DNA of 64,000 nucleotides from Sarea resinae (Eukaryota): NCBI GenBank assembly GCA_026026165.1, contig JAPEUD010000005.1, positions 248,001 to 312,000 of the forward strand, read 5' to 3'. Shown piece by piece: positions 48,401 to 61,400 of this stretch (position 1 is its first letter; each line of letters starts with the position of its first letter). The notes under the pieces were generated by a model. It saw only the letters and a program-made list of their open reading frames with translations, ran no database searches and was not told where the DNA came from. The position numbers and the translations under genes were made by a program.

Positions 48401-50517
48401 TTGGATCGCCTCGAGTTGCTGTTGCGTGTATCCTTGTCTCTTCGCCATCACTCTTCTTGCACGCTCTCAAACTCTAGAGTAGAAGACCTTCTCTTTGATG
48501 CAAGGGGGGCGGCCAGTCATCTCAACGTGATCGCGTCGCTAGGCTTGGTGGCGCCCCTAGGGTAGGACAAGCCTACTGCAAGTCGTACGCATACCTAAAA
48601 TTCGCAGTAGCTGTAGAGCGACTGAGAGATGCAAATACGCACAAGCAAAAAAAAAAAGCGCAATTGTTTTACGATGCTCCCTTCGTAAATGAATCCACGT
48701 GGTATTTTGGGGGGGTTCTTTTTCCTTCCAAATGGAGCTTGATGTAAGTCTCTTAGAAGAAATGCAATGCCCCAGTAATCGGCACGGTCCATCACGAGAG
48801 ACAAAGAGATGGCCAGAAAGCGTCATGCATGGTACGAGCAAATCACCTCGGAGCCTACCGCCAGTGAGCTACCGGTAGAGAGGGATGGTATCCTGTGTTG
48901 ACATCTACTTCGGGCAAGTCAGCTGTACCGCTGCCAACAATCGACGTTGGCGCACAAGGCCGTTGGGACTGAGATGCAACGCAATACTGCGCTGCGAAGG
49001 CGTCGAGGGAAGAAACAAGGTAGGAAAAGAGTTCGATCTCGAGAGCCTGGAGTGCCTGCAGTTGCCGTTTCCATTGATCGCACCACCCAGGTCCGATGGA
49101 AGTGAGGGCGCATCTCAGGTACGCGTATCACCGTCTACCGGCCTGCGTGGGAATGCAAGCCACAATAATGAGCAGCAGGCTTCGCCACGAGTGGGCTGAA
49201 AGGATCCATGTTGCCTTGATGATCCTTCCAATCTACTCCGGAGTGTTCGGTCCCTCCAGAGAGACGGGAATAACTATCGTTCTGTCTGAGTACACACTGT
49301 ACTATGTAGTAGTGGCCCTATCATTCCACACATGGCTTCAAAGCCATAACCAAGGCAAGTGCGCGGCACAATGGAAGGACTCTACTCGTACTCGAACCAC
49401 AACCGACTTCAGTACTACGACGGAGTATCCGGTCGGTACCTTACGTACAACGTGCCTGGACCGAGGACGGGCTGGTATCGCAGGCTCCCAGTCGGTGCGG
49501 GTAGGATTTCGTCAGCAACTTAGCCCAGCCCACGATCGAAAACTCCCACGTTTCATCATTGGCGAGGGACGGAGTATCGACTCCCGTGAAGCGTGAAGTT
49601 GTTCTTCTCGTTCTTCCCTGCTCCCCTCGCCCCCTGCCCATTGCCGGCCTGTTCCCTGCCTTTGTCCCCACATACTAACATGCTCTGGAACCCCGAGTAC
49701 TCCGTGCTGGTACGAGTACCGTCCTCAGCTGAGATGATCGAATCCAGGTGCGCGCGCGGTAGACGACCACGGATCCAATGCATCTCTGCAACCTTACGCT
49801 TCGGGAACCATCCTGTGCGCCTCTGAAGTCTCAATCGCTTGCAACGCGCACCTTCAGCAGTCCCGGCTGGCAAGAAGAGGCCAGGACTAACCCATATATT
49901 GTCGTGGCTGAGATTGTTTCGAGGCTGGCAAGAAAGTCTGAAACTCTTCTAGAACGGGCGCATGTTTCCCACGAGTTCCCCTCTGCATTATTGTAAGACA
50001 GCCAACGGCAACGGCCATCGTCAGTGGATTGTAGCTTCAGCCACCAGCCACCTCATGTATTCAGGATCGAGGATGGTCACCAACGCGTATCATTGTTCTT
50101 GATCGGGCCTGTGTACCGTGCCATTGCTGGGCAAGGCAATGACTCTCCGACTCGAGAATACTCGTAGGCAGGTAGAGTGCCGCAGTCTTGGCCGTGGCTG
50201 CTACCAGAGTACAAGTGACAGATAGATTGCAACGGCCGGGCAAGATCGGCATGGCCCCCATGCCATCTACTACCCGTTCATCGATCCTCGGGGCTCTCCA
50301 GGTCACTGCGTACAGACAAAGTACCTCGTACCTCGTTCACGTCGGCAACACAGCGGGCGAGCTGGCCAGTCGCCCATGAGCCATGGCCAACATGCAAGGA
50401 AGGCCTCCCAAGGTTCCTACCGTGGCCTAGCAGGCCTAGCAGGCCTAGCAGGCTCGTGTGTCGCGCACGTTGAGTCCAGGAAGACGACCGACTACTCCGG
50501 AGTACTTGCAGGCCGTC

Positions 50518-50565
50518 GCAGGCACTTGCAGGCACTTGCAGGCACTTGCAGGCACTTGCAGGCAT
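50518..50565. repeat. Tandem repeat (GCAGGCACTT)x4 plus a partial unit
   Basis: Perfect 10-mer array. Confidence 0.9.
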
Positions 50566-52593
50566 TGACACACCCTAAGAGGTCTGGAGATACTTTGTAC
50601 GACCGCCGACTGCGCACTTAGTGGAAGTACGTACGACGCAAAACGACGGGACCCATCCACAGATCGATCCCGGGCGCATTCGCTGAGCAGGCACTGGCGA
50701 CTCCCACCTCTTCTCCCTCCAGCCAGTAACCAGACTCGACGAGAGGTAACATCGCTCCCATCTTCGTCCCCTTCGTCGTCTGCTGCCCTTCGACTGGAGT
50801 AATAGGAGGAGGGAGGTACCTCAGGTATGATGGGTTAGGCTGGTAGAAGACGCTGGGCGGGATGGTACGAAGTACCTCATACCTCGCTGTAAGGCAAGGC
50901 ACGGCAAGGCAAGGCAAGGCAAGGCAAGGTAGCCGACGACGCTACCTACCTAGAAGCCACGATACTGTCTGTATCGGAGTACTCTATGTACGGAGTAGTC
51001 ACTACCGCAGTGCAGGCCATCACAGTCCCAAGTCCCAAGGATGAAGAAGACTCCCACCTGAACAGGACAATGGAATACTCTGGAGTAGGGAGAGAAATAC
51101 CCAAGGCCCATAGCAATACCTGCCAGAGTAATAGTCATAGCATCTTTCACATCGATCGATATAGGCATGTCTCTGGTGCCTGGCATCGTCCCTTCCACTG
51201 TACCTCATATGACCAGACAAAAGGTGAACCTGCCAGTACTACTGAAGTACTTCTGCCTACCTGATGGACTGCGGTACCTCCAGAGTACCTGCTGCATACC
51301 TACCGACCTGCCTTGCCTTACCTTCCTCTCCAGTACCATCACCATCCATCACCACCACCACCACCACCACCACCACCAAAGGCAAAGGGCAAGCTTTCCC
51401 AACCGGGCGCATTGCGATCTCATCCTCCACTTTGCCTTTTACACCCACATCCCATTGTCCTCCTCCAACCATACCTTGGACTTGCTCACGCTCACGCTCA
51501 CGCTCTCCCTCCCTCGCTGTACCGTTCTCACCTGTTTTGGCTTTGCGTCGTTCTTGGACGAGACACCCGCCCGGCAGGTATCCGTAACCTTGGCGTGTTG
51601 TGCAACGGTCCGACCGACTTGACCTCTTGCGGCAGCCCTCCAACCTCCGGATCGCTGCCCGTCCTTCCCTCCCCCCCCCGCACGTCGAAGCAGGTCCAGC
51701 TCCACTCGACTGAACTACTCGGTCGAGTATCTTCAACCCATCTAGATACAAAGTGCGAACGCGCCTGCCCAATCCTTCGAATATTCATTTTCGTTCGCAC
51801 CATTCAACGGTTTGGAGAGTCCTCTCATTTTCAAGGTGTGTGCATACCTATCGTATGGAAGTGTGTGGGTGCATGGCCAAATGGGCGGAACGTCATTCTC
51901 AGACTCGGTGCTAAGATTCATTCGGCGACCCAGCAGATCGCTCCTGCTCCTTCAATAGGGCAAGTGTCTGTGTGAGTGTAATTGTGAGTGTGCACCTGGC
52001 AATCTTCTCCTCCTGTCGAACTGCCCAGTCCTCCTCAAAACATCCACTCGTCGTCTACTCGTCCAGACCACACTCTTTTGGGATCGCCCACCGTCTCCCC
52101 CACGGTGTCCCCGTCGCCCAAGTGTCCACCGTCCTGTCGTTGAACCCTCTCTAGAGCTCTCGACGGGCAGCCAGTCTCTTCCTTTAAGAGCTTCGTCGAC
52201 CGCTTTGAAACCCTCTACGCCTTTTACACGTTGCGTCGGGATTACCACCTCCAAGGAAAGGCCACTCGAACACGTTCTGAACGTTCTGAACGGACATCAG
52301 CTCTACTGTCACTTCATATCTTCACGTTGCTCCACGCGAGAAGTCAAGGCGCTCATCCGAGATAAACATTCTTCAATCCGACATTCTGGTAAAATCATCG
52401 AAGCCTCGTACGTTCCAGGAATTCCTCGACGATACATTCCACGAGCGACTTTAATCGTGGAATCGCGCAAGCGCAACGTTCATCCTATCTATTGCATTGT
52501 TCGGCTCAAATACTTGCGCCCGGCCTCGGCCCTACCACAAGATTTACGCTGTCGAGAATTTGGCCATCAAGAGGAGCGACGACGAGCTTCAAA

Positions 52594-54514
52594 ATGGATG
52601 GTCCTACGCGGGTGATGGAAGCTACGAGCGTGGACTCATCCGGCATGAACTCGGCGAATCATCGTATGCAACTTCCCTCGATCAGTGATATGACCGCGGG
52701 GATCTCAGCACACGCGAGCTCGAACGACTCTCACACTTACGCGGCCGATGATTCGCGAGACTCCGGCAATTGGTCCTTACAATCCCCCAGTAAGCGTAAG
52801 TTGATTTATGTTGTTTGGTTTACCATATCGCTTTTGAATCGCTCTTTCCGTTTTCCCTCGCGAATGGGATTGCAATGAAGAGCTGTTTTGACGATCAGCC
52901 ATCCTCGACTGATTCATTTTGCTTGACGTGGTCTCAGCTTCATTCCTTCCCGACAAGCCTACCCAACCCCGGAGAGCCACGCAGCTTGACCTCCTGATTT
53001 TTCGTTCGTTCGTGTCGGGCGCAAGCTTACTGATGACCCCGACTAGATTCATCCATCGTATCCAACGGCTATATGCCACCTCTGAACACTCGAAATTCGC
53101 CATCAACACGCAATTCGTTCCCCAGTCAAGGAGACAAATCACCTTACACAGCTACCTATTCTAACGGGCCGACATCATCTCCTGCGCAACCACCTAATTC
53201 GGATCAGCCGCCATCAAATTTACCGACCCTGAGTCAGTCCTACGACAGCCAACATAGAGCAAGCACGGACTACCCTCCTCAAGATTCGCGTCGTAGCAGC
53301 ATTGAAAGCAGAATGAACTCTGGATTTGGCCAGTTGGCCATTACACCATCGTCGCCTTACGGGAGCACGAATGCTTCGCAAGCGTCTCTGGTATCGAGTC
53401 TCCAGCGCGAACGCGGAATTGTGGGTGACCAATCAAGAAGCAATGGCGTCACCGTCGCTCGTGTTTCTTCCAATTCCAATGCACATCTATCGCCTCTAGG
53501 TCGGGGTCCCAGCGAGAACCGCCGTCTGGAAACTCCGAGAATTGCTCCTCCCATCTCATCTAATCCTCGTGCCCAGTATGGACTGGCCAATCCTAATGCC
53601 GAGAATCCGACAACAGGTTTTGCGTACGCTTTTCCTGATCCCGCATTGGCGGGCCGCTCGTCAAGCAGCGACGATGCAGATCGAGAGTTTTCGCGTCAGG
53701 GCAGCTTGGCCAATTCGATTGGGAGCAGCCTTTACACCAATGACTCCCGCCTCCCAGCTGGCCAGAGGAGATTAGATGATGGTACGTCGTATTACTTCTT
53801 AAGAACCACGACGACCTTGGTTGCTAACAGCCGCTTTAGATCTACCCGGTGTTCATCATCACCAATTACAACATCGACAAGTAAGCGAAATGATGTCGCC
53901 GTCCTCACCGGGTGGGCCTTCGCCATATAGTCGTACGCCCGAGCTACGGATCAGCCATAAGATGGCGGAGCGAAAGCGGCGAAGCGAAATGAAGGGCCTA
54001 TTCGAGGAGCTGCGTCTCCAACTTCCTTCGCATCAAGGAGCAAAGTCCAGCAAGTGGGAGATCCTCACCAAAGGTAAAGCTTCGCGATTCTACTCTCAAA
54101 GCGATTTTGCTGACTGTCGATGTAGCCACCGAATATATCAGACATATGGAACAAGCCATGAATCGGATGGAAAATGGAGAAAAAGAGTGGCAATATCGAG
54201 TCAGAGAACTCTCTTCGATGAACGAGCAGCTTTCGGCCGACAACGAGCGTTTGCGTGATACCTTGCAGCATGTCCAACAGTCGGTCGGACAGAACGGCGT
54301 CCCTCCGCCACCAGCTCCTATGCAACAGCAAAGCTATCAACCACATCCAGTCTATGACTCGGCTCCTCATATGCAGCAACCGCCTCGCACCACCCTTCCT
54401 CCCATTAGTAGCTCCGCGCCCAGTGCTCCTCCACCTCCTCCCCCAACCCGAGCGCCTCCGGGACAGTACCCGGGCTCGTCCATGCAGGGCATCCAATACT
54501 CCGAACGTCGCTAA
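52594..54514 (+). CDS. bHLH transcription factor, Esc1/DevR/CHC-1-like
   Basis: Introns 52796-53046, 53782-53839 and 54074-54125. bHLH domain [45 protein letters not shown]-terminal RDSGNWS..SKHSS. Confidence 0.88.
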
Positions 54515-55920
54515 GAAAGGATGCAGTCCTTGCCCCGCTCTATTCCTCCTAATTTTTCATCGCTAGATGCCGCTTGCTTGCTTAATATGACGACTGGGTG
54601 GGCGCGTGTGTGACATTTACACGGAGTTGGAGTTTGGCTTGGTATCGGAGTTTGGAACGGAACAACAAAATGGAGGCTTTCTTTGCCGGAGTTACCCATG
54701 ACACCAGATTTGCGCGTGCTTTTCGGGGCACGCGGGCCGTGTTGACCGGAAAGATATGCAGTCTGCAGTGCAGCGCTAGGGCATGAAAGAGAATGGGCTT
54801 TCTATCTTCAAAGTTCCCATGGATCGATTCATCATCAATCGAACGGATTGGATCAAACGCGCCAGAGATACCATGACATCTCGTATCACCCTTCCAACGA
54901 CGATCTCTCTTTTCCATTTGTCTTTTCCCCACTCGCTCCTACGGTTTCCTTGTGTAGAACAAGATACCCCAAGTCTTTGGCTGTGGCCTCTGTCGATTCT
55001 AGTCCTTTTCGGTGCTCGTTTTCTTTGGCTCATTATTCGCTTCTTCCCTTTTGTTCCTCTTGGTCTATCTAATCTTCCTGATTTTGGTTCGACCGGTTCT
55101 CGGACTCGGTATAATTTACCCCTTTCTTTCCTACTACACCTGCTCTTTTTGGTCCTTTTTTGCTTGGGTCTTTTGAAAGAAAGAACGAGAGAATCATGGA
55201 CTTCTGCTTGCGTGTAACAGATCATCCATCACCTTAACCGTCTTCATCCCCTCTTTTCCCCATTTGACCGGGACTGGCTGGACTACCTGCCGCTTTCTTT
55301 TCATTTTGTGTTTTCTGCTATTCTCCGCCTTTGACATTTGGGCTCGGACCGGGAATGGTAGGGATGACATGGGGTCGGGATGGGTAAGTCGATAGACCGG
55401 GTCACTTCCTCGTTCTGTTGGATATTGTGTCCTCGTTTGTCTTCTTTTAAGGGGGAGACAAGGGGGCTCTTCTCGTGCTGTTGGTGGTGGTGGTGGTGGA
55501 GGAGAGTACCGAAATGCCGAATTGCGACCTGATCCCTGCGAATCGATGCGGGGTCTGTCATGGGGTTCTGTATCATTAGACTTAATGAAATGCTAGCTTT
55601 CATGAGTTTCTCGAAGAATTCTTGTGCTCCTTGCTTTTGGTTGTCTGTAGTTGTGGCTATTAATTATGCATCTATGCTATGCTGTTCTATAGTTGTGCTG
55701 TGCTGTGCTGTGCTGTGCATCTATATTACCTTTTTACGCTTCGCTTCTTATCCACACACCTTTCACCTTTCACCTTTCATCCATCCATGACGTTCCAAAG
55801 ACAAAAAATCCTCCCTTCATAAGAACCTCCCTAGAGAACTGACAGAGGAAGCACAAAGCCTCCCCCCCGAAATGGCGATCATCGAAGAAAAAAAGGCAAC
55901 TGAAACAGAAAAAACGGGAC

Positions 55921-57517
55921 TCAGGCGAAATAGATCCTCTGGCCCTTCCAGCGCTCGGCATCGACGGTGCCGCCACCAGCGCCGTTGCGGGCCCGGCGGA
56001 GCTCGGCGCGGCCGTCGCCGGTCAGGAAAAAGGCAAACAGGTCCTCGAGCCTGCGGACGGCGTCGTCGCAGATCTGATAGTGGACGACGAGGCGGCCGCC
56101 CATGAAGCGCAGGCCGCGGGCGTGGCCCTCGGCGACGAAATCGCCCACCGCCACCCCCGCGGCCCGCAGGTCCAGCCACACCATGTTGGTGTCGACGGGC
56201 TTCTCGAGGGCGCCGCCGAGCGCGGTCCAGGCCGCGCCGATGGCCTTGGCCCGCGCGTGCGTCGCTTGCAGCTTGCCGCCTTTGCCCCAGGGTCCCGCGC
56301 CAAATGTCTCATCGACGGCGACGCGCGCGGCGGCGGTGAGGACGCCGGCTTGGCGCAGGCCGCCGCCGAGCGTCTTGCGGACCCAGCGGGCGTGCTTGAT
56401 GAAGGCGGGCGCGCCGACCAGGATCGAGCCGACGGGCGCGCCGAGGCCCTTGCTGAAGCACAGCGAGACGCTGTCGAAGAGGGCGCAGTAGTCGGCCAGC
56501 GAGCCGGCGCCCGAGGCGACGGCCTCCCAGATGCGGGCGCCGTCCAGGTGCAGCTTGAGGTCGTGGGCGCGGGCCCAGCGCGAGATGGCGGCCATGTCGG
56601 CCAGCGGCGTCACGGTGCCGCCGATGGTGTTCTCGAGCGAGATGACGCGCGTCGGGCACGCGTGCACGTCGTCGGACAGCACCGCGTGCTTCTCGATGTC
56701 GGCCAGCGTCAGGTAGAGCCCGTTGGCGGGCACGACGCCCTTGACCAGCGCCCCGCTGAGCGAGGCCACGCCGCCCGACTCCCACTCCAGGATGTGCGCC
56801 CGGTGGTCGCAGAGCACGGCGTGGGGCGGCTGCGTCAGGTGCGTGCGCAGCGCGATCTGGTTGCCCATCGTGCCCGAGAGCACGTACAGGGCGGCGTCGT
56901 GCCCGGTCAGGGCCGCCACGTGCGCTTCGAGGTTGTTGGTCGTCGGGTCTTCGACGAAGACGTCGTCGAGGAGCGTCGTGTGCGCGATGGCGTTTAGCAT
57001 CGACGCCGTCGGCGTTGTGATGGTGTCGCCTGGACAAGGGGGGAAAGAAGAGTCAGACATTCTGTTTCGATTCATTGGGGGTTTGGTTTAGAGACATACT
57101 TCGAAAGTCATAGGCGGCCGGGCCCGGCTGCTGCCATGCATTGACTTCTTCCATGTCGGCCTTGGGCTTCTGCCATGCGGCCTGGGCGGCATGTTCGCCC
57201 GTAGAGAATTCCCCATTCGTAGCCATGTTGGAGATGAAGCGGGAGGAAGACGAGGACGAGGTCGACGACGACGCAATTGGAGTATTACTTGTGCCGCGCG
57301 ACGAATGAGTCAGAGTCGCAACGTTGCGGCTGCTGGGGTGGAGGACGAGAGGATAGGCGCTCTTGGAGAGGGAGACTAGATTCGGGCCAAGCACAAGCGT
57401 CAGAGAATCCGAATTGGCTACCCACCGTGTCAATCAATCAATCAACTGCTCGATGATCCTCTCACCTCGTGAATTTATCCGCGCCGAAGCAGTCAGGGTC
57501 TTGCACAACAGAGGCAT
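55921..57517 (-). CDS. GLY1: Low-specificity L-threonine aldolase (long form from ATG 57517, short form from ATG 57226)
   Basis: Introns 57465-57376 and 57099-57030. Motifs DFRSDTITTPT, SGTMGNQIA, LENTIGG, HLDGARIW, and SLCFSKGLGAPVGS with the PLP lysine. Confidence 0.93.
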
Positions 57518-58478
57518 GGAGGGGGTGGAGGGGGAGGGGGAGGGGGAGGGGGAGGGGGAGGAAGGCCGGCGAAGAAGAAAGGTTGCATGGGAAGATGAAG
57601 AGTCACTCGTTAGTGATTGGTAATTGATACTACTCTACAACAGTTCGGTGATGATGCGAGGACGATTAGTGAGTCGTCCGTGGTAGCATTGGTAGTCGTA
57701 ATGGCATAGTTAGTGACAGACAATGTGAGGGAAAAGGAGAATTGCCTTACCTACTCCAGCCGTAGTCTTTCTGTCTTTCTCCCTTCGGAGCAAATAATCG
57801 AATTTTCTTTCTCTATCGATAAGACGCTCGTCGTGCTTGGTGCGTGTGTACTCGAACTACTGCGTCCTGGGACACTACTCGAGGACTGGGACTGTCAAGG
57901 CTAGGGCGTGCATGTGGCACATGGCTGGGGTACTTGAGTCTCCCGCCACATTGCCACCAGACACAAGTACTGCTGCCGTGTAGCCGTTCATTCTGTTACA
58001 CAATTAGACTCCTCGCTCGCCCCCTTAGTCTCGATGATCAGCTGGTGATCATGAGCAACATCGGCCCCTCATCACCCGTTGGCCGTTGGGACTTTTAGTG
58101 TGTTGACGCTTACGCCCGTTCGTGTCTTCTCGCATATTGGCACATGAATTGCATTGGGCACACATGGATCAATTTATTTTCATTGTTTTATTTTTCTCTT
58201 TTTGGAACCTCCAGACCTCGAAATGCTGCAGACTGTCTTCGTTCCTCTTCGGTCTCGTGTGCAATTTCACTCGTAGTCGTGATAGGCTGCATCGCTGGTT
58301 CGCTATCCCTGGCCCAACGCCCAAATGCCTTTTCCGTCCATCGAACCACACAGGATACGAAAAAAAAAAGATGCCGGACAATTATGTAAGTCGTAGGAAA
58401 TGCATGAGGAAGTGATACGAGGAGATCAAAAGATCCGCTCCGATCATCGAACTTCCTTCCAGAAGACATTCAATGCCC

Positions 58479-61400
58479 TTACAAACAGGCGACTTCAGTC
58501 CCCGGGTTGGAGGGCCCATTCGGCGGGCTATGCGTCGCGGACTTCCCCAATTGACCTTCCTTCGCAGTCTCTGCCTGCCACTTCTTCCATTCCTCAAATC
58601 CATCCTGAATGATTCTCTTAAGAAATCGTGGTTCTCCAGCAGGTCGAGGGCTTGCAGAGTCTCCCACGTAAAACTTGCATCTGAACCTCATATACTCCTT
58701 CTTGTTGGTGTCCTCGCAGACACTGATCACGTCGCCCGTGTACAGCATGCCACAAATGAACCCGTTCTTAGCCTCCTTCGACATGTGAATGCCATTGATC
58801 CAGATACCGGCCTTGCTCCTTGTGCGGATGATTGCCTGTAGGCACTTCAGCTGAGCCCAGTCTTCGCCGTTTCTCTCCGCATCTTCTGCTTCGTGGCACC
58901 AAAAGTCGATTTCCAAAGCATTCCTGGGAATACGGACATCCTCCGGGTGCGGGTAGACGATGGTGCTATCGCGGCTTCGGCCCCAAGTGGTCTTTCGCTG
59001 ATGCAGATTCAACGTGACATCCGCGATTGAGCCAGGAAGACTGGTAAGTTTACCCACGATGCCCCTAGACAAAGCATTCGAAGCCTTCGAAGAGACACTC
59101 AGGGATTTGTCTGGTGTGTTCAATTCAGTCATATCGCCTTTGAGGTTCAAGTGGGCGGAGGGCGGATACAGAGGGAAGGATTTATCATTGTTGTCAGTAA
59201 TGAATCGCTGCCCTTGTCCGAACTGACCAAAGGTCTTTGCCGGTACTGTAGCGGCACCGTCTATTGCCTTCGATCCCAACTGTTCAGTGGACTGTGCTCC
59301 TTGGGCAAGGTAATTGATCCCGCTCTTCCTAGATGCGTACTCCAATGTATGGGTACTCGGATCGTCGGCTTCATACCAAGAAGAAGCTGGGGGTTGGATT
59401 GCGATGCGTCGACTGAATTTAGATCGCTTAGAGACCGAGTCGGTTTTTTCGTGTTCTTCGGTGTCGCGAGGATGTTTCGAGGCGATTATAGACTCATGAT
59501 GAAGTGGCATCTTCGGTCTTGGGGCAAAGGACCGTGCGAGTTCTGGGGAGTTCATCTTGAGAGCGTGGACCAAATCTTCCGCCCCGAGGAGACTTGCAGC
59601 TGGACCGAGGCGAGGATTGACACGGGGATTGTTTGGGGCTCCAGTCTTGAGGTCGTTGTTGTCTCCGTTTTGGCTCGGATGAAGCTGGAAACCGAGGACG
59701 CTTGAGTGAGACGAGACACTGGAAGGTGTGTCTTCATCCACTCTCCCAGTTGGGTCTAAGGCACGATTGACATCACGTCCAAACACGCCCGAACTCCGCA
59801 AAGCAGACTCTCCGATCTCACCAAAGAGCCGAGGCCGAGCTGGTTGAGGATCATCAAACTGGTAATCGGAGAACGATTGCCCATTGTATGATGCAAATGC
59901 GTTGGAATCCAGAGCAGCGTGTTCGCCGTACTGCAAGGGCTCCGCCGCATTCTCCCCTGTGCCGGGAAGAAAGACTCTCTTTTTGTCATTATCAGATACT
60001 GATTCCTGAATACTAAGCTGCGAAGCATCTAGCTCATATTGCTCCCGGTCAGCGTTCGGCTCAACGCCAGAACGGCCGTTCTGAATCTCCAGCGGAGGGT
60101 CCTCGCAACCAGTGATCCAACAATGTTGCAGGCACTGTGTTGCTGAGGGCCGCTGGGATGGAATGCGATTAAGCACCCCCAAAAGGAAGTCAATCCCCGC
60201 ATGAGAGATACCTCTCTGGATTAGGGGTCCAGAGTCTACTGTATGCTTCATGATCTTTGAGAGCATCGGTCGCCCACTGAGGACATGATCCCCTGGCTCT
60301 GCTGGGTACGGCACTTTTCCGGTCATGGTATGGAAGAGAACAGCTCCATATGACCAGATGTCGACTGATTGGTTGTACACGTGATGCTCATCATCCCTTT
60401 GAAAATTAGCAGATTGCAGGATAAAAGATGAGAACATTTCAGAGTCTTTACCGAGAATGATGGCCGTGACGTCGTCCAACAATAGGCCTCCCAGTGGCGA
60501 AGGCATTGTAGTCCGGGAAAACTTCGGGAGCACAGTAGAGTAAAGTGCCGCAGAAGGTAGTCAGAAACGTATCGTCGTTCACTGCCTTGGAGAGCCCAAA
60601 ATCCGACAGCTTCACGTGGAAAGGATCGTTGCAGGCTATTAAGATGTTATCGGGCTTTATGTCGCGGTGAGTGACCTTCATGTGATGAAGATACTCCAAA
60701 GCGGATAATATCTGGCTTGTCATAGACCTGGCTAGCGGTTCGGTGAGTATACCGCCTTCGGAAAGGACACGAGCGAGATCGCCACAAGCCACGTATTCCA
60801 TGACGATGTACAGATGCAGCGGCATATCAACGTAATCAATGTATTGGACAATATGAGGCTTCCAATCTTGTAAGTCTGGTATCCGGTACGGGGGAGCAAT
60901 AAACTTACGTGACGGAGACCCTTCATGATCTTCACCTCGTTCTCCACTTTGCCATCCAAGATGCCGTTCTTCATGAATTTGCGCTTCTCTATTTCTTTAG
61001 CAGCAAAGAGCTCTCCGTCTATCTTGGTTGCCACTTTGTAGACGTTCGCAAATGCGCCTTTTCCCAGATACTGCACGACATTGTACTGATCTCCACCGTC
61101 CCAAATACAGCCATGAGTACTGCTGCCATCTGCAACGTAGCGAGTAATCGCCGGAGGGGTCTGTGCCGGAGGAGTCGAGACATCTCGTGCAAGGCGCCCC
61201 TGAAATGGCATGGCAGCCGTCTGTAAAGATGAGTAAGCGAACATGAAATGAGAAACAAATGAGGAGTGAACACCCACGGCTGCAAGCTGGCCTTGCGCAT
61301 TTAATACAGCTCTCTCATAATGTGCGATTCTCTGGATGTATTCGGAGACTCTCTGCTCATAATCTGCCATATAGCCATGTCTATTCGGGAGACGAACGAT

